This document shows, piece by piece, positions 24,824-37,284 of a DNA stretch of 64,000 bases. Source of the DNA: Eledone cirrhosa (Eukaryota); assembly GCA_964016885.1 (NCBI GenBank), contig OZ024740.1, forward strand, positions 326,058,001-326,122,000, read 5' to 3'. Both the position numbers and the translations under genes were made by a program. The notes beneath the pieces are model-generated. The model ran no database searches. It saw only the letters and a program-made list of their open reading frames with translations, and had not been told where the DNA came from. Every line of letters begins with the position of its first letter. Within the stretch, counting starts at the first letter, position 1.

Positions 24824-27157
24824 TCACTTTTCTGTATGTGAACGTTTGTGAGACGTTAAGGATCCATTTGTAGAGAATGATTTACCACAAATTGTACAGT
24901 GATAAGGTTTCTCTCCAGTATGTGTACGTATGTGCAAAGTTAAGTCACCACTTCGAGAGAAGGATTTACCACAGATATCACAGGGATAAGGCTTCTCTCC
25001 TGTATGTGTACGCATGTGATTTGTTAAGGGACTATTATCATTGAAAGATTTACCACAGATATCACAACGATATGGCTTCTCACCTGTATGAGTGCGTTTG
25101 TGTCTAGTTAAGGAATTTTTATAAGAGAATGACTTACCACAGATATCACAGAGATACACCTTATCTCTTGTATGAACACGTTTATGAGAAGTTAAGTCAC
25201 CAATGTGAAAGAATGATTTATCACAGATGTCACAGTGATATTTCTTCACTCCTGTGTGAAGAAGCTTGTGTTTAGTTAAGCCTCCATATGTAGAGAAAGA
25301 TTTGCTACACATATCACAGTGATATGGCCTCTCTCCTGTATGACTACGCTTGTGTTCATTTAAGCCTCCACTTATAGAGAAACATTTACCACAGATCTCA
25401 CAGTGATATGGTTTCTCTCCTGTATGAGTACGCCTATGTAAAGTTAAGTTAGCATTTGTAGAGAAAGATTTACCACAAATGTCACAGTGATATGGCTTTT
25501 CTCCAGTATGAATAGACTTGTGTCTAGTTAAATATTTCTTTCGAGAGAATGATTTACCACAGATATCACAGTGATGTGGCCTCTCTCCTGTATGACTACA
25601 CTTGTGTTCATTTAAGTTTCGATTTGTAGAAAAAGATTTACCACAGATATCACATTGATATGGCTTCTCACCTGTATGAATACGTTTGTGTATAGTTAAG
25701 AGACCACGTTGAGAGAATGATTTACCACAGATATCACAGTGATATGGCTTCTCTCCTGTATGGCTACATTTGTGTTCAATTAAGTTTCTATTTGTAGAGA
25801 ATGATTTACCACAGATGTCACAGTGATATGGCTTCTCTCCTGTATGAATACGCTTGTGTTCATTTAAGTTTCCATTTGTAGCGAAAGATTTACCACAAAT
25901 ATCACAGTGATAAGGCTTTTCACCTGTATGAGTACGCTTGTGTACAGTTAAGAGACCACGTTGAGAGAATGATTTACCACAGATGTCACAGTGATGTGAC
26001 CTCTTTCTCTCTCCTGTATGAAGATGCTTGTGCCCATTTAAGTTACCATTTGTAGAGAATGATTTACCACAGACCTCACAGTGATATGGCTTCTCACCTG
26101 TATGAATACGTTTGTGTATAGTTAAGTAACCACTAGTAGAAAATGAGTTACCACAGATATCACAGTGATAAGGTTTCTCTCTTGTATGAATATAATTGTG
26201 AATAGTTAATTCTCCATTTCGACAGAATGATTTACCACAGATGTCACAGTGATATGGCTTCTCTCCTGTATGAATACGCTTATGTTCTTTTAAGTTTCCA
26301 TTTGTAGCAAAAGATTTACCACAAATTTCACAGTGATATGGCTTCTCACCTGTATGAGTACGCTTGTGTATAGTTAAGAGACCACGTTGAGAGAATGATT
26401 TACCACAGATATCACAGTGGTATGGCTTCTCACCTGTATGAGTACGCTTGTGTATAGTTAAGAAACTATGTTGAGAGAATGATTTACCACAGATATCACA
26501 GTGGTATGGCTTCTCACCTGTATGAGTACGCTTGTGTATAGTTAAGAGACCACGTTGAGAGAATGATTTACCACAGATATCACAGTGGTATGGCTTCTCA
26601 CCTGTATGAGTACGCTTGTGTATAGTTAAGAGACCACGTTGAGAGAATGATTTACCACAAATGTCACAGTGGTATGGCTTCTCTCCTGTATGAATACGTT
26701 TGTGTCTAGTTAACAGAATATGTTGAGAGAATGATTTACCACAGATGTCACATTGATGTGGCCTCTTTATCTCTACTGTATGAATACGCTTGTGTGCATT
26801 TAACTTTCCATTTGTAAAGAATGATTTACCACAGATGTCACAACAAAATGGCTTCTCTCCTCTATGAACCTGCTTGTGTTTAGTTAATTCTCCATTCTGA
26901 GAGAATGATTTAATGCAGATATCACAATGAAATGTCTCCTCCTCTGTATGAATGTGTTTGGTTAACCTGCTTGTTTCAGAGAATGTTTTATCACAACATT
27001 GATATGGCTGTCCTCCTGTATGAATACTTTTGTGTTGAATTAGTACATCATTTCTAGAGAATGAGTTTCCACAGATATCACAATGATGTAGCTTATCTGT
27101 ATGAATATGATTTTGAGAAGTTAAGTTATCACTTTCAGAGAATGATTTACTGGACAT
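24824..27157 (-). CDS. C2H2 zinc-finger gene B, intact 777-aa part (26 intact fingers)
   Basis: Tandem C2H2/TGEKP array; the frame stays open upstream of the ATG to about 27495. Confidence 0.85.
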   Translation of the reverse strand: MSSKSFSESDNLTSQNHIHTDKLHHCDICGNSFSRNDVLIQHKSIHTGGQPYQCCDKTFSETSRLTKHIHTEEETFHCDICIKSFSQNGELTKHKQVHRGEKPFCCDICGKSFFTNGKLNAHKRIHTVEIKRPHQCDICGKSFSQHILLTRHKRIHTGEKPYHCDICGKSFSQRGLLTIHKRTHTGEKPYHCDICGKSFSQRGLLTIHKRTHTGEKPYHCDICGKSFSQHSFLTIHKRTHTGEKPYHCDICGKSFSQRGLLTIHKRTHTGEKPYHCEICGKSFATNGNLKEHKRIHTGEKPYHCDICGKSFCRNGELTIHNYIHTREKPYHCDICGNSFSTSGYLTIHKRIHTGEKPYHCEVCGKSFSTNGNLNGHKHLHTGERKRSHHCDICGKSFSQRGLLTVHKRTHTGEKPYHCDICGKSFATNGNLNEHKRIHTGEKPYHCDICGKSFSTNRNLIEHKCSHTGEKPYHCDICGKSFSQRGLLTIHKRIHTGEKPYQCDICGKSFSTNRNLNEHKCSHTGERPHHCDICGKSFSRKKYLTRHKSIHTGEKPYHCDICGKSFSTNANLTLHRRTHTGEKPYHCEICGKCFSISGGLNEHKRSHTGERPYHCDMCSKSFSTYGGLTKHKLLHTGVKKYHCDICDKSFFHIGDLTSHKRVHTRDKVYLCDICGKSFSYKNSLTRHKRTHTGEKPYRCDICGKSFNDNSPLTNHMRTHTGEKPYPCDICGKSFSRSGDLTLHIRTHTGEKPYHCTICGKSFSTNGSLTSHKRSHTEK

Positions 27158-28046
27158 GTTTCTAATATATAGCTTCTCTCCTGTATGAATATGCTTGTGT
27201 TTAGTTACGGCTCCATTTGTAGAGAATGATTTGCCAAAGACCTCACAGTGATATGGTTTCTTTCCAGTATAAATATACTTGTATATAGTTAAGGCATTAC
27301 TAGAGAATGACTTACTACAGATGTCGCATTGATTTGGCTTTTCTCCTATATAAAGATGCTTGTGTTTACTTAAGCCTCCACATGTAGATAATGATTTACT
27401 ACAGATAATACAGCAATAGGGTTTTACACCTGTATGAATGCATTTGTGTATAGTTAATGCATCATTTTGAGTGAATGGTTTACCACAGACATCACTTCAT
27501 ATGGCTTTTCTTGTGTGTGAATGCATTTGTGTCTAGTCAAGTCACTACTTTGAAAAAAACATTCATCACACATATCACAGTGATATGGTTTCACACCTAC
27601 ATGCAATTGTTCATGTTTAGTCAAGTCAGCATTTCGAGAGAATGATTTACCACAGATATCACAGTGATATGGTTTTATGCCTGTATGAATACTTGTGTGA
27701 ATTGTTAATTGAGTTCTTTGTGTGAAAAATTTACCACAGATGTGACAGCGATATGGCTTCTCTCCTGTATGAATACGTTTGTGTTTAGTTAAATCTGCTT
27801 TTCGAGAGAATGATCTACTACAGATATCACAATGATGTGGTTTTATACCTGTATGAATGCTTTGGTGAAATGACAAGTGAATTTTCCGGGAGAATGACTT
27901 ACCACAGATAACATAATGATAGGGCTTCTCCCCTGTGTGAATGATTTGGTGACTATTTAAATGACTTCAACTAGGGAATGATTTACCACAAATATCACCG
28001 GCTTCTCTATTGTATGAACCCATTTCTCCAATAATTCCTTTTCCAT
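27158..28046 (-). pseudogene. Decayed 5' part of zinc-finger gene B
   Basis: Ancestral ATG at 28046 (MEKELL), frameshifting deletion near 27999, TGA at 27967-27969, 1-nt frameshift near 27496, and fingers lacking Cys/His ligands. Acceptor TTTCAG at 28179. Confidence 0.8.
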
Positions 28047-28745
28047 AACTTGTTTTCACTCCCCTTTTTTGAAATCTATCCTGTATGTCTTCCTTTTGTC
28101 TTCAAAAGATGATAAATATTGAACATTGATGATGTATCTAATGTAAAGACTTCTTTAATGTCAATGTCATCCGAGATTCTGAAATAATAATTTTAAAAAA
28201 ACAGTATAAGATACTGAGAATATTTAAAATATAGAAAATGAACAGTGGGATCTTTACTACATTTGTATATTGATAAACCATCTATGTAAACATTTACCTG
28301 GAGAATTAAAGTTTAGTTCTTAATCGAAATTACACCATACAATCTTATGTGAACTTTACATATTTACAGACTACATATACATCTTCACATTGTATAACAC
28401 AAATACACCATCAGATTGTGTAACACATACACATATTAAACTACACCATCATATATTAAACTATAGCTACACCTTCAGATTGTGTAACATATATAAAGTA
28501 CAGACACATACATATGTTAATCTACAGCCACATCTTAAGATTTTGTGACATATATATATGTTAACCAACAGAAATACCTTCAGATTTTGTGACATACATA
28601 TATATATTAAATTACAGAGATACCTTCAGATTATGTGACATTATATATATATTAAACTACAGAGATACCTTCAGATTGTGTAACATACATATATAGTTAA
28701 AGTACAGACACATCTGAAGATTGTGTGACATTATATATATATTAA

Positions 28746-28860
28746 AAGGCAAAATCTCACCGAGGTTAACTTTGCCTTTCATCCTTATGGGGTCAATAAA
28801 AAAAGTACCAGTAATACACTGGAATAACTGCTGGCCTTGTGCCAAAAGTAGAAACAATTA
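28746..28860 (+). mobile_element. 5'-truncated tRNA-derived SINE
   Basis: Core and tail of the 4588 family. Confidence 0.8.
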
Positions 28861-28869
28861 TATATATTA

Positions 28870-30915
28870 GTCGAAGGTAGTATAATAAGTAAGGCAATCA
28901 AAGATATGAAGATGGGTAAGGCGGCTGGGCCTTCGGAAATAGTTGCTGAGATGCTGAAAGCCTCTGGAACAGTGGGACACACCATGGTCACCCGGATAGT
29001 AAACCAAGTCATACAGAATGGGGTTGTTCCGAAGGACTGGCGTAGCAGCATCATCATTAACTGTTACAAGGGTAAAGGAGATGCCCTAGATAGGAGTAAC
29101 TATAGAGGCATTAAATTAATCGACCAGGTCATGAAGGTCACGGAAAAAGTTATAGCGCAACTAATCAGAGAGAGAATTGATCTAGATGAAATGCAGTTCG
29201 GTTTTGTGTCAGGCAAAAGTACCACAGGCGCTCTTTTCATTGTACGACAACTACAGGAGAAGTACCTAGCTAAAAGTAAACCCCTATACTTAGCTTTTGT
29301 TGACTTGGAGAAAGCCTTCGACAGAGTCCCCCGTTCCATTATCTGGTGGGCTCTTAGAAAACTAGGTCTTGACAAATGGCTTGTGAGAGCTATACAAGCC
29401 ATGTATAAAGAAACAGTCAGCAAGGTTAGAGTTAACAACGAATATAGTGAAGAGTTTAGTGTAAAAGCTGGTGTTCATCAGGGCTCTGTTCTTAGCCCCC
29501 TACTATTTATTATTGCCCTTCAGGCTATAACAGTGGAGTTCAAGACCGGCTGCCCATGGGAACTCCTATACGCAGATGATCTAACGCTCATAGCTGAATC
29601 AATGGCCGAGCTAGAGAAGAAATTCCAAACACGGCCTAGAATCAAAAGGCCTTAAAATTAACCTGGCTAAGACTAAAGTTCTAGTTTGTAGGAAAGAAAA
29701 TAAGGCGACGGTCCCTTCCGGGAAATGGCCATGCTCAGTGTGTAGGAAAGGCGTAGGTAGAAACTCCATTTTATGTCCCAAATGCAAAGTATGGGTGCAT
29801 AAAAGATGTAGTGGGATCACAGGTAAGCTAACTAAGAACATAGATTTTACATGTGGCCGGTGCTCTGGTGCAATAAGTAGCAGCAAGTGCCCACAGAATA
29901 CTAGCTCTTTCAATTGCGCAGAGGGTTCTATAGAAATAGTGGACAGCTTCCGTTACCTGGGTGACAAAATCAGCAGTGGGGGAGGGTGCTCTGAAAGTAC
30001 AGTAGCTAGAGTCAGAACTGGATGGAAAAAGTTCAGAGAGCTTATACCACTATTAGCCACTAAAGGGTTCTCCCTAAAAATGAAAGGCAGGTTGTATGAT
30101 GCCTGCATACGAACAGCAATGTTACATGGCAGTGAGACCTGGGCATTGTGTGCAGAGGATATACGCAGACTAGAGAGGAACGAAGCTTGCATGCTCCGCT
30201 GGATGTGTAATAATAACATACGTGAACGGCAAAGCATAAGCGAACTAAGAAGAAAATTAGAAATAAGAGGGATCAGATGTTGTTTACTCGAGAGAAGGCT
30301 ACGTTGGTATGGTCACGTGATGCGCATGAAAGACGACAGCTGTATAACAAAGTGCAGGGCAATAAAGATAGACGGTAGCTACGGAGTAGGCAGACCCAGA
30401 AAAACCTGGGACAAGCTTATAAATTCCGACCTCACACACTTACACCTCTCCAAGACAATGTCACTGGACCGAGACCTTTGGCGGTACTCAGTAATAGAGA
30501 AGACCCGCCTTACCTAAATACAAAGTAAAACCTACTACAGTCAGTAGGCATTTCTAACAAAGTACACCCCCGTCCCACCACCCCCACCCCATCCACACCG
30601 CCCCTTTCAATGTAAAGTTATGTTGGTGCCACAACATCCAGGCCGAAACAAATGAGATCGTGTAGGTGTCACGACAAAAAACACACAGTCCACGCTGTAA
30701 TGTGGCCGTGTAGGCAACATGGTAAAAACCTCCCAGCCCCACACTGTAAATGTGGTTGGTGTTAGGAAGGGCATCCAGCTGTAGAAAACCCGCCAGACAG
30801 TCCTATGCGAGCAAGACAATCACTCTTGCCTCAAGTGGGAAAACCCCCGTCCAAACCCATGTAAGCGTGGAACACGGACGTTAAACGTTGATGATGATGA
30901 TGATGATGATGATGA
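28870..30915 (+). mobile_element. Young 5'-truncated RTE-clade LINE
   Basis: RT motifs FVDLEKAFD, GVHQGSVLSP and YADD; Cys-rich C-terminal region; a single small deletion/frameshift near 29630; 3' UTR with (GAT)n tail. Confidence 0.95.
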
Positions 30916-31169
30916 TATATATTAAACTACAGAGATACCTTCAGATTGTGTAACATCATATATATATTAAACTACAGAAACACCTGTGTGACATATATAG
31001 TACAGACACATCTGAAGATTGTGTGTGTGACATTATATATATATTAAATACACATTCAGATTATGTAACATGGAAAAGTGGAAAAAAAAATGATGATGAT
31101 GATGATATTACACTATAACTACATCTTCAGATTGTGTAACATTATATATGCTAAACTTAAGTGACAGAT

Positions 31170-33470
31170 ACAAGTTGTATAAGAGCACCATCACTTTTCT
31201 GTTTGTATGGATTGGATGCAGGTTTCATACAGCCAGTCTTTTGTTCATACAGAGAAACATTTTGTTATCAACAGAAGCTTTAGTTCTCTGAACTTGTTTA
31301 GCTTGCTTTTATTCCAGCAATTATACTTTCAGAACAGCTTCCTCTACTGCTTATTCAATCATCTAGGTAGTAAAAGCTATCTACTACATCTTCGGAACTT
31401 TCCTAGGATTTGAAAGTTTATGACACTGGACCTCATACTACTATCTACCAAAGGCTCATTTCCTACAAAGTCTATCTCTTCTGTTAGTTTGCCTACCAAC
31501 TCACTACATCTCTTGTGTATATATGTTTTACATTGTGTACACTAAAAATAGAGTTCCCACCTACTCCTTTTCCATAAACCGAGTATGAACATTTTCCTAC
31601 TTACTAAAATTTTGGTCTTAACTAAGTTTACTCTGAATCCTTTTAATTCTATGTTCTGTCTCCACAGTAAGAATTTCTTCTCTAGCTCTTTTAAATTCAG
31701 CACAAAGAACCAGGTTGTCAGCATATAGAATATTATGGACATCCAGCCTTAATAGAAGACTGAGGATTGAGTCTTAATATACACTTACCTACATGTTGAA
31801 TTCTTCACTAAATTCATTACCTACTCTTACTTTGGTAACTGCAACTGTGTTCATGGCTTGCACTGCTCCCACAGGCCACTCATCTACCCTCAATAAAGAC
31901 TACCAGATAACAGATTGTGGAACTCTACTGGCATACTCAGCCAGAAACTTCTCTTGTCGTTGTCTAACTAGGAAGAGAGTATCTATTGTGCACCTTCCTG
32001 ACACAAAACCAAACTGCATCTCATCTAATTTGACTCTTTTCCTACTTAGATGTGCCATCATTCTTTACATCATTTCATCCATCAGTTTTATGATTGTAGA
32101 TGCTCCTTTCTAGAGCATCACATTTTTTTCTCGTAACAATTAATGCTTATTCTGCTATCTTGACTCCTACTTCACCACATAATTTCAGTCATTGATGGTC
32201 CAGCTGCTTTTCCATTTCCCTGATTGCTTCTTTGACCTTGTAACTGTCAACACTGATAGCTGCCCCCTATATTAAATTAACATAGTTTCTCTTTTAGCTA
32301 TTGTTCTTTGCTACTCCAATTTTCCCAGTCATCTATGCCTGTTTCTTAGCTTTAATAGTTCTCTCTACACTGCTGTTCCACCACCAAGTCACCTTCATCT
32401 AGCCGGTACCTTGCTCCAACTACAAGACCCACCAGTGGACTGCGGTAAGTTGTCCCATTGAAATTTCCATCTTTTCTCAGTCATATGCATATATCTCCTC
32501 CTCCTTCTTGAACCTATATTTAACAGTGAGGTTTTCAGCTTCCATACCCTCCTCTGGTGTATCTTGCATGTTTGATATCACTAATAACTAACATGTTTGG
32601 TGGGAGGCATTCTTCACTGGCAAAGACCTTCACATTGATAACTATATGTCTATCCCATTCTCTAACAAGCAAGAAGTCAATCTGGTTAGCATGTTCACCT
32701 GACTAGTAGGTGATAAAATAGTTCTTGGAAGGTTTTCTAAAGTTATTTTAAATAGTTAGGTCATTCACATCACTGAAATATAGGAGCCTTGATAACTTTA
32801 CATTTCTCAACAAGGCATACCCATAGCCACCATGTACTCCAAAGTAACCATCCTCGTGTTGACCAGCATATCAATTGAAGTCGCTGTCATCTATAAGTGT
32901 ACCCCTTAGAAACGTTTGTTTTTTTTCATTTATTTAATCCAGATTGTGGCATATAAGTAGAAATAACTGACCATTCTGAGCTTGATAATTGTGTCATTTA
33001 CTCTAACTACCACAATTATCTAGCCATTTCTCACTCAGAAAAATACCACTCTTGTCTACCTCTTCATTATTTCCTATGAAGAAAAGCTTCTATCTATGCT
33101 GTTTGCCTGCAAAGTGTCTTGTTGTGGCACCTCTTCATCTTACTTCTTGGACACAGCACACACATACTCATCTCCTCTCAAGCAGCCCTACAATTTCTCC
33201 AGGTCTACTTTTCTGAGTGTCTACATTGGCAACCCTGTTGGGAGCCCATGCCTTCCCCATGCAGTCATATCTATTTGAAATAACTGCTCTCTTTAACAGG
33301 CTGATATCATTGCTGCTTACTGAGCCGCATTGTCGTCAAGCAATCTTATTTATTTGGAGTAACTGCCCTCCCAGATGGGCTCTTTTCACCATGGCTAGTC
33401 TGTGTCTTCCCCATGCCATCTTATTTATTCAGAGCAACCGCCCTTCTGGGCTGCTTTCTTATTTATGGCT
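31170..33470 (-). mobile_element. Old RTE LINE, decayed, including APE-like region
   Basis: Minus-strand remnants of LDEMQFGFVSG, VTWWWN and DFN..AGQH, and a TLRKVD-type 5' region. Confidence 0.7.
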
Positions 33471-33799
33471 TACAGAATCAATGACTACCCCAAAGATACA
33501 CATTAATGCACATATACACCAATTTGACAGAGACAATAATGGTACAATTCTAGTTGGTTACATTTCAAAACAGTAAGGTAGAGCAGGAGTGGAATTACTA
33601 GAGTAATTTTACAGCATGAATACAATAAGTTTGGTAAGAGGACGTAGGTAGGGCAGGTAGAAAACATGAACAGGAAATGGAGGATGTGTGAGAGTGTGAG
33701 AGTGGGGCATGGTATTAGTTGTGTTATTTTTGGTAAAAATATTCAGTCCTTATGACTATTTTTCTTCTAGTTAATTGAATAGTGATAAAAATATAATGA

Positions 33800-35890
33800 G
33801 CATTTTGAATAAACGCTTTTGACAGTAAGGAAGAGCAATTAGAGATGTACAATATAGAGGAACAGTAGGAATTCTTGAAAGTTAACCTGCTGAAGGCGAC
33901 AGATGAAATCTGTGGCTGGAGCAGACCTATAGGCAGGAGGAGAGTAACTTGGTGGTGGAACAGTAAGGTGGAAGAGACAATCAAGGCCAAAAAGCAGGCT
34001 TGGAAAGTATGGCAAGATGGGGAAAGTAGAGAACACTATCAAGTGGCCAGGAAAGAAGCTAGGAGACAAGTGTACTTTGCAAGAAGGGAAGCAGAGGATA
34101 GAAACTTCAAGCAAGCATGTTCTACACTGATAAGAAGGTAGCTTGGAAGTGTCACTACGAGAGACTACTAAATGAGGAGAATAAAAGATAGTCTGCCCCA
34201 AATCGATCCAATAGAGGGGACCAGCAGTGCAAGTTAAAGGTAGTATAATAAGTAAGACAATCAAAGATATGAAGACAGGCAAGGCAGCTGGGCTTTCTGA
34301 GATAGTTGCTGAGATGTTGAAAGCATCTGGAATGGTGGGACATACTATGGTCACCCGGATACTAAACCAAGAAATACAGAATGGGGTCATACCAAATGAC
34401 TGGCGTAGCAGCATCATCATTAACTGCTACAAGGGTAAAGGAGATGCTCTAGATAGGGGAGCTATAAAGGCATTAAGTTAGTTGACCAGGTCATTAAGGT
34501 CACAGAAAGAGTTATAGCACAACTAATCAGAGATCGAATTGATCTAGATGAAATGCAATTTGGGTTTGTGTCAGGTAAAAGTACCAGAGACCCTCTTTTC
34601 CTTGTACAACTACAGGAGAAGTACCTAGCTAAAAGTAAACCCCTCTACTTAGCTTTTGTTGACTTGGAGAAAGCCTTTGACAGAGTCCCCCCGCTCCATC
34701 ATCTGGCGGGCTCTTAGAAAACTAGGTGTAGATGAATGGATTGTAAGGGCTATACAAGTCATGTATAAAGAAACAGTCAGCAAGGTTAGAATTAACAATG
34801 AATATAGTGAAGAATTTTGCATAAAAGTTGGTGTTCATCAAGGCTCTGTCCTTAGCCCCTTTCTATTTATTATTGCCCTTCAGGCTATAACAGAGGAGTT
34901 TAAGACCAGCTGCCCATGGGAACTTCTATACGCAGATGATCTAACTCTCATAGTTGAATCTATGGCTGAACTAGAGAAGAAATTCCAAACATAGAAGCAT
35001 GGCCTAGAATCAAAAGGCCTTAAAGTTAACTTGTCTAAGACTAAAGTTCTAGTATGTAGAAAGGAAAATAGGGCACAGGTGCCCTCTGGGAAATGGCCAT
35101 GCTCAGTGTGTAGGAAAGGAGTAGGTAGAAATTCCATTTTATGTCCCAAATGCAAACTATGGGTACATAAAAAATGTAGTGAGATCACAGGTAAGCTATC
35201 TAAGAACAGAGATTTTATATGTGGCCGATGCTCAAGTGCAATAAGTAGCAAGTGCCCACAGGACAGTAGCTCCTTCTATTGCCCAGATGGTTCTATAGAA
35301 ATATGGACACTTTCCGTTACCTGGGTGACAAAATCAGCAGTGGTAGAGGGTGCTCTGAAAGTACAATAGCCAGAATCATGGAAAAAGTTCAGAGAGCTTA
35401 TACCGCTGTTGGCCACTAAAGGTTTCTCTCTAAAAATGAAAGGCAGATTGTATGATGCCTGTATATGAACAGAAATGTTACATGACAGTGAGAGAAGGGC
35501 ATTGTGTGCAGAGGACCTGCACAGACTGGAAAGGAACGAAGCATGCATGCTCCGTTGGATGTGTAATAGTAATATACGCGAACGGCAAAACATAAATGAA
35601 CTAAGTGAAAAATTAGGAATAAGGGGTATCAGATGCTGTTTACTTGAGAGAAGACTACGTTGGTATGGTCACGTGATGCGCATGAAAGACGACAGCTGTA
35701 TAAAAAAGTGCAGGGCGATCAAAATTGATGGAAGTTACGGAGTAGGTAGACCCAGAAAAACCTAGGACGATTTGATAAATTCCGACCTCACACACTTGCA
35801 CCTCTCTAAGACAATGTTACTGGACCGAGATCTTTGGTGCCATGCATTGCCTATGTACAAAGCAAAACCTACAGTCAGTAGGCACCTCTT
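33800..35890 (+). mobile_element. RTE LINE with multiple frameshifts
   Basis: VTWWWN, GVHQGSVLSP, YADD and ERRLRWYGHV spread over several ORF pieces. Confidence 0.9.
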
Positions 35891-36129
35891 AAAACAAAAA
35901 TATTTAATCTTTGCACAGAAGCAATACCATAGCCAATGAGGGTTATCCAAGGCGTGGATATTGCTAGTTGAAAAAAACTAAACCTCATTTACATAGAATT
36001 TTGAAGTTGGTGAAAATCTGCAAAATATTGACCTTGAATATAGGCCAACCCCATTTTACCATCATTTTTTTTGTTACATAATTTTTGGCTTATATACGAG
36101 TATAGACTGTATGTTCTGTATTACTCCAT

Positions 36130-37215
36130 CTTATTTCCCTCTGCCTGATGAACTTAGGCTTCATAGCTGAATCTGTGGCAAAATTAAAGAAGAAATGAAA
36201 GTTCTAGTAAGTAGAAAGGAAAATAGGGCTTTGATTCCATCAGGGAAATGGTCTTACTCAGTATACAGGAAAGGAGTAGGCAGAAATTCCATTTTATGGG
36301 TCAAATGTAAATTATGAGTACACAAGAATGTAGCAGGATCTCAGGCAGGCTAGTAAACAAAATGTAGGTTTCGTGAGTGGCAAATGCACAGGAACAGTAA
36401 ACAGCAAGAGATCACATGAAACAAGTTCTATCAAATGCTCAGGGTTGCCAGTTTGTTACCTGGGTGACCAAATATCATTTTACATCATGCATACTATAGG
36501 GATTATTTGTCCAACAACTAAGCTTAAATCGTTTCGATAGCAACCGAGAAATTGTCTATTCCTGGAAAATTTATCTACAGCTAGATTAAATTGAACTATA
36601 TATAGCTGTGTGTATCAGCATTATTAACCCTTTCGTCTGATGGCTGCCACCCTACTCCTGTCTTAATATGTCGTCTGCCTCATGTTCCCAACCAACAGGA
36701 TAGAGAAGATATTGTCCTGAAGGCCGGCGAGGGTGACGCGCTGGAACGGGGCTCACACCTACAGCCAGTTAACTCTGTTCTGGTAGCAGTAAGCAGTGGT
36801 GTGGTCTGGGGTCCAAGAACGCCAGAAGTCTCCACTGTTTAGAAGCTCAACCACAAACCTATTAGAGAGTGGTTGAAACTTTGACAGCTTGGCTCCTTCA
36901 GCCTGGTGAAGCCAAGTGGATGTACTGTCAGCCAGGAGGATGTACTGAAAGTACAGTAGCCAGAATGAGAACCGAGTGGAAAAAATTATAAATTCAGGAA
37001 GCTTATACTACAGCAGGCTACAAAGGGTCTTTCCTCAAGTATAATGCTTGTGTATGATCAGCAATGCTACATGGAAGTGAGACTTGGGATTTGTGTGCAG
37101 AAAACCTACGAAGCTTGGAAAGAAATGAGATATGGATGCTCCGATGAACTGCAATAAAGGTTTACACGAACGATGAAACATCAATGAACTGAGAGAGAAA
37201 CTGTGCATTAGATGG
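36130..37215 (+). mobile_element. Decayed RTE fragments with an unrelated GC-richer insert (about 36625-36935)
   Basis: SGKWSYSVYRKGVGRNSI and HGSETW remnants flank the insert. Confidence 0.6.
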
Positions 37216-37284
37216 ATCACAAATATTCTTCAAATTTTAAAAGAAAAATATCAGGGGAAAAAAAAAAATCACCAAACCCCAACA

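Larger units (their letters stand above)
28370..31170. repeat. ~40-bp minisatellite (TTAAACTACAGAGATACCTTCAGATTGTGTAACATATAT) split by SINE and RTE insertions
   Basis: Units at 28370-28745 resume at 30915-31170. Confidence 0.75.

Noticed and set aside
15145-31170. CRISPR-like regular repeats
   Set aside because: These are coding 84-bp zinc-finger units and minisatellites without unique spacers; there are no cas genes and the context is eukaryotic.
36625-36935. HDV-like ribozyme in a GC-richer insert
   Set aside because: I could not assemble P1.1, P3/L3 and the catalytic C by hand.
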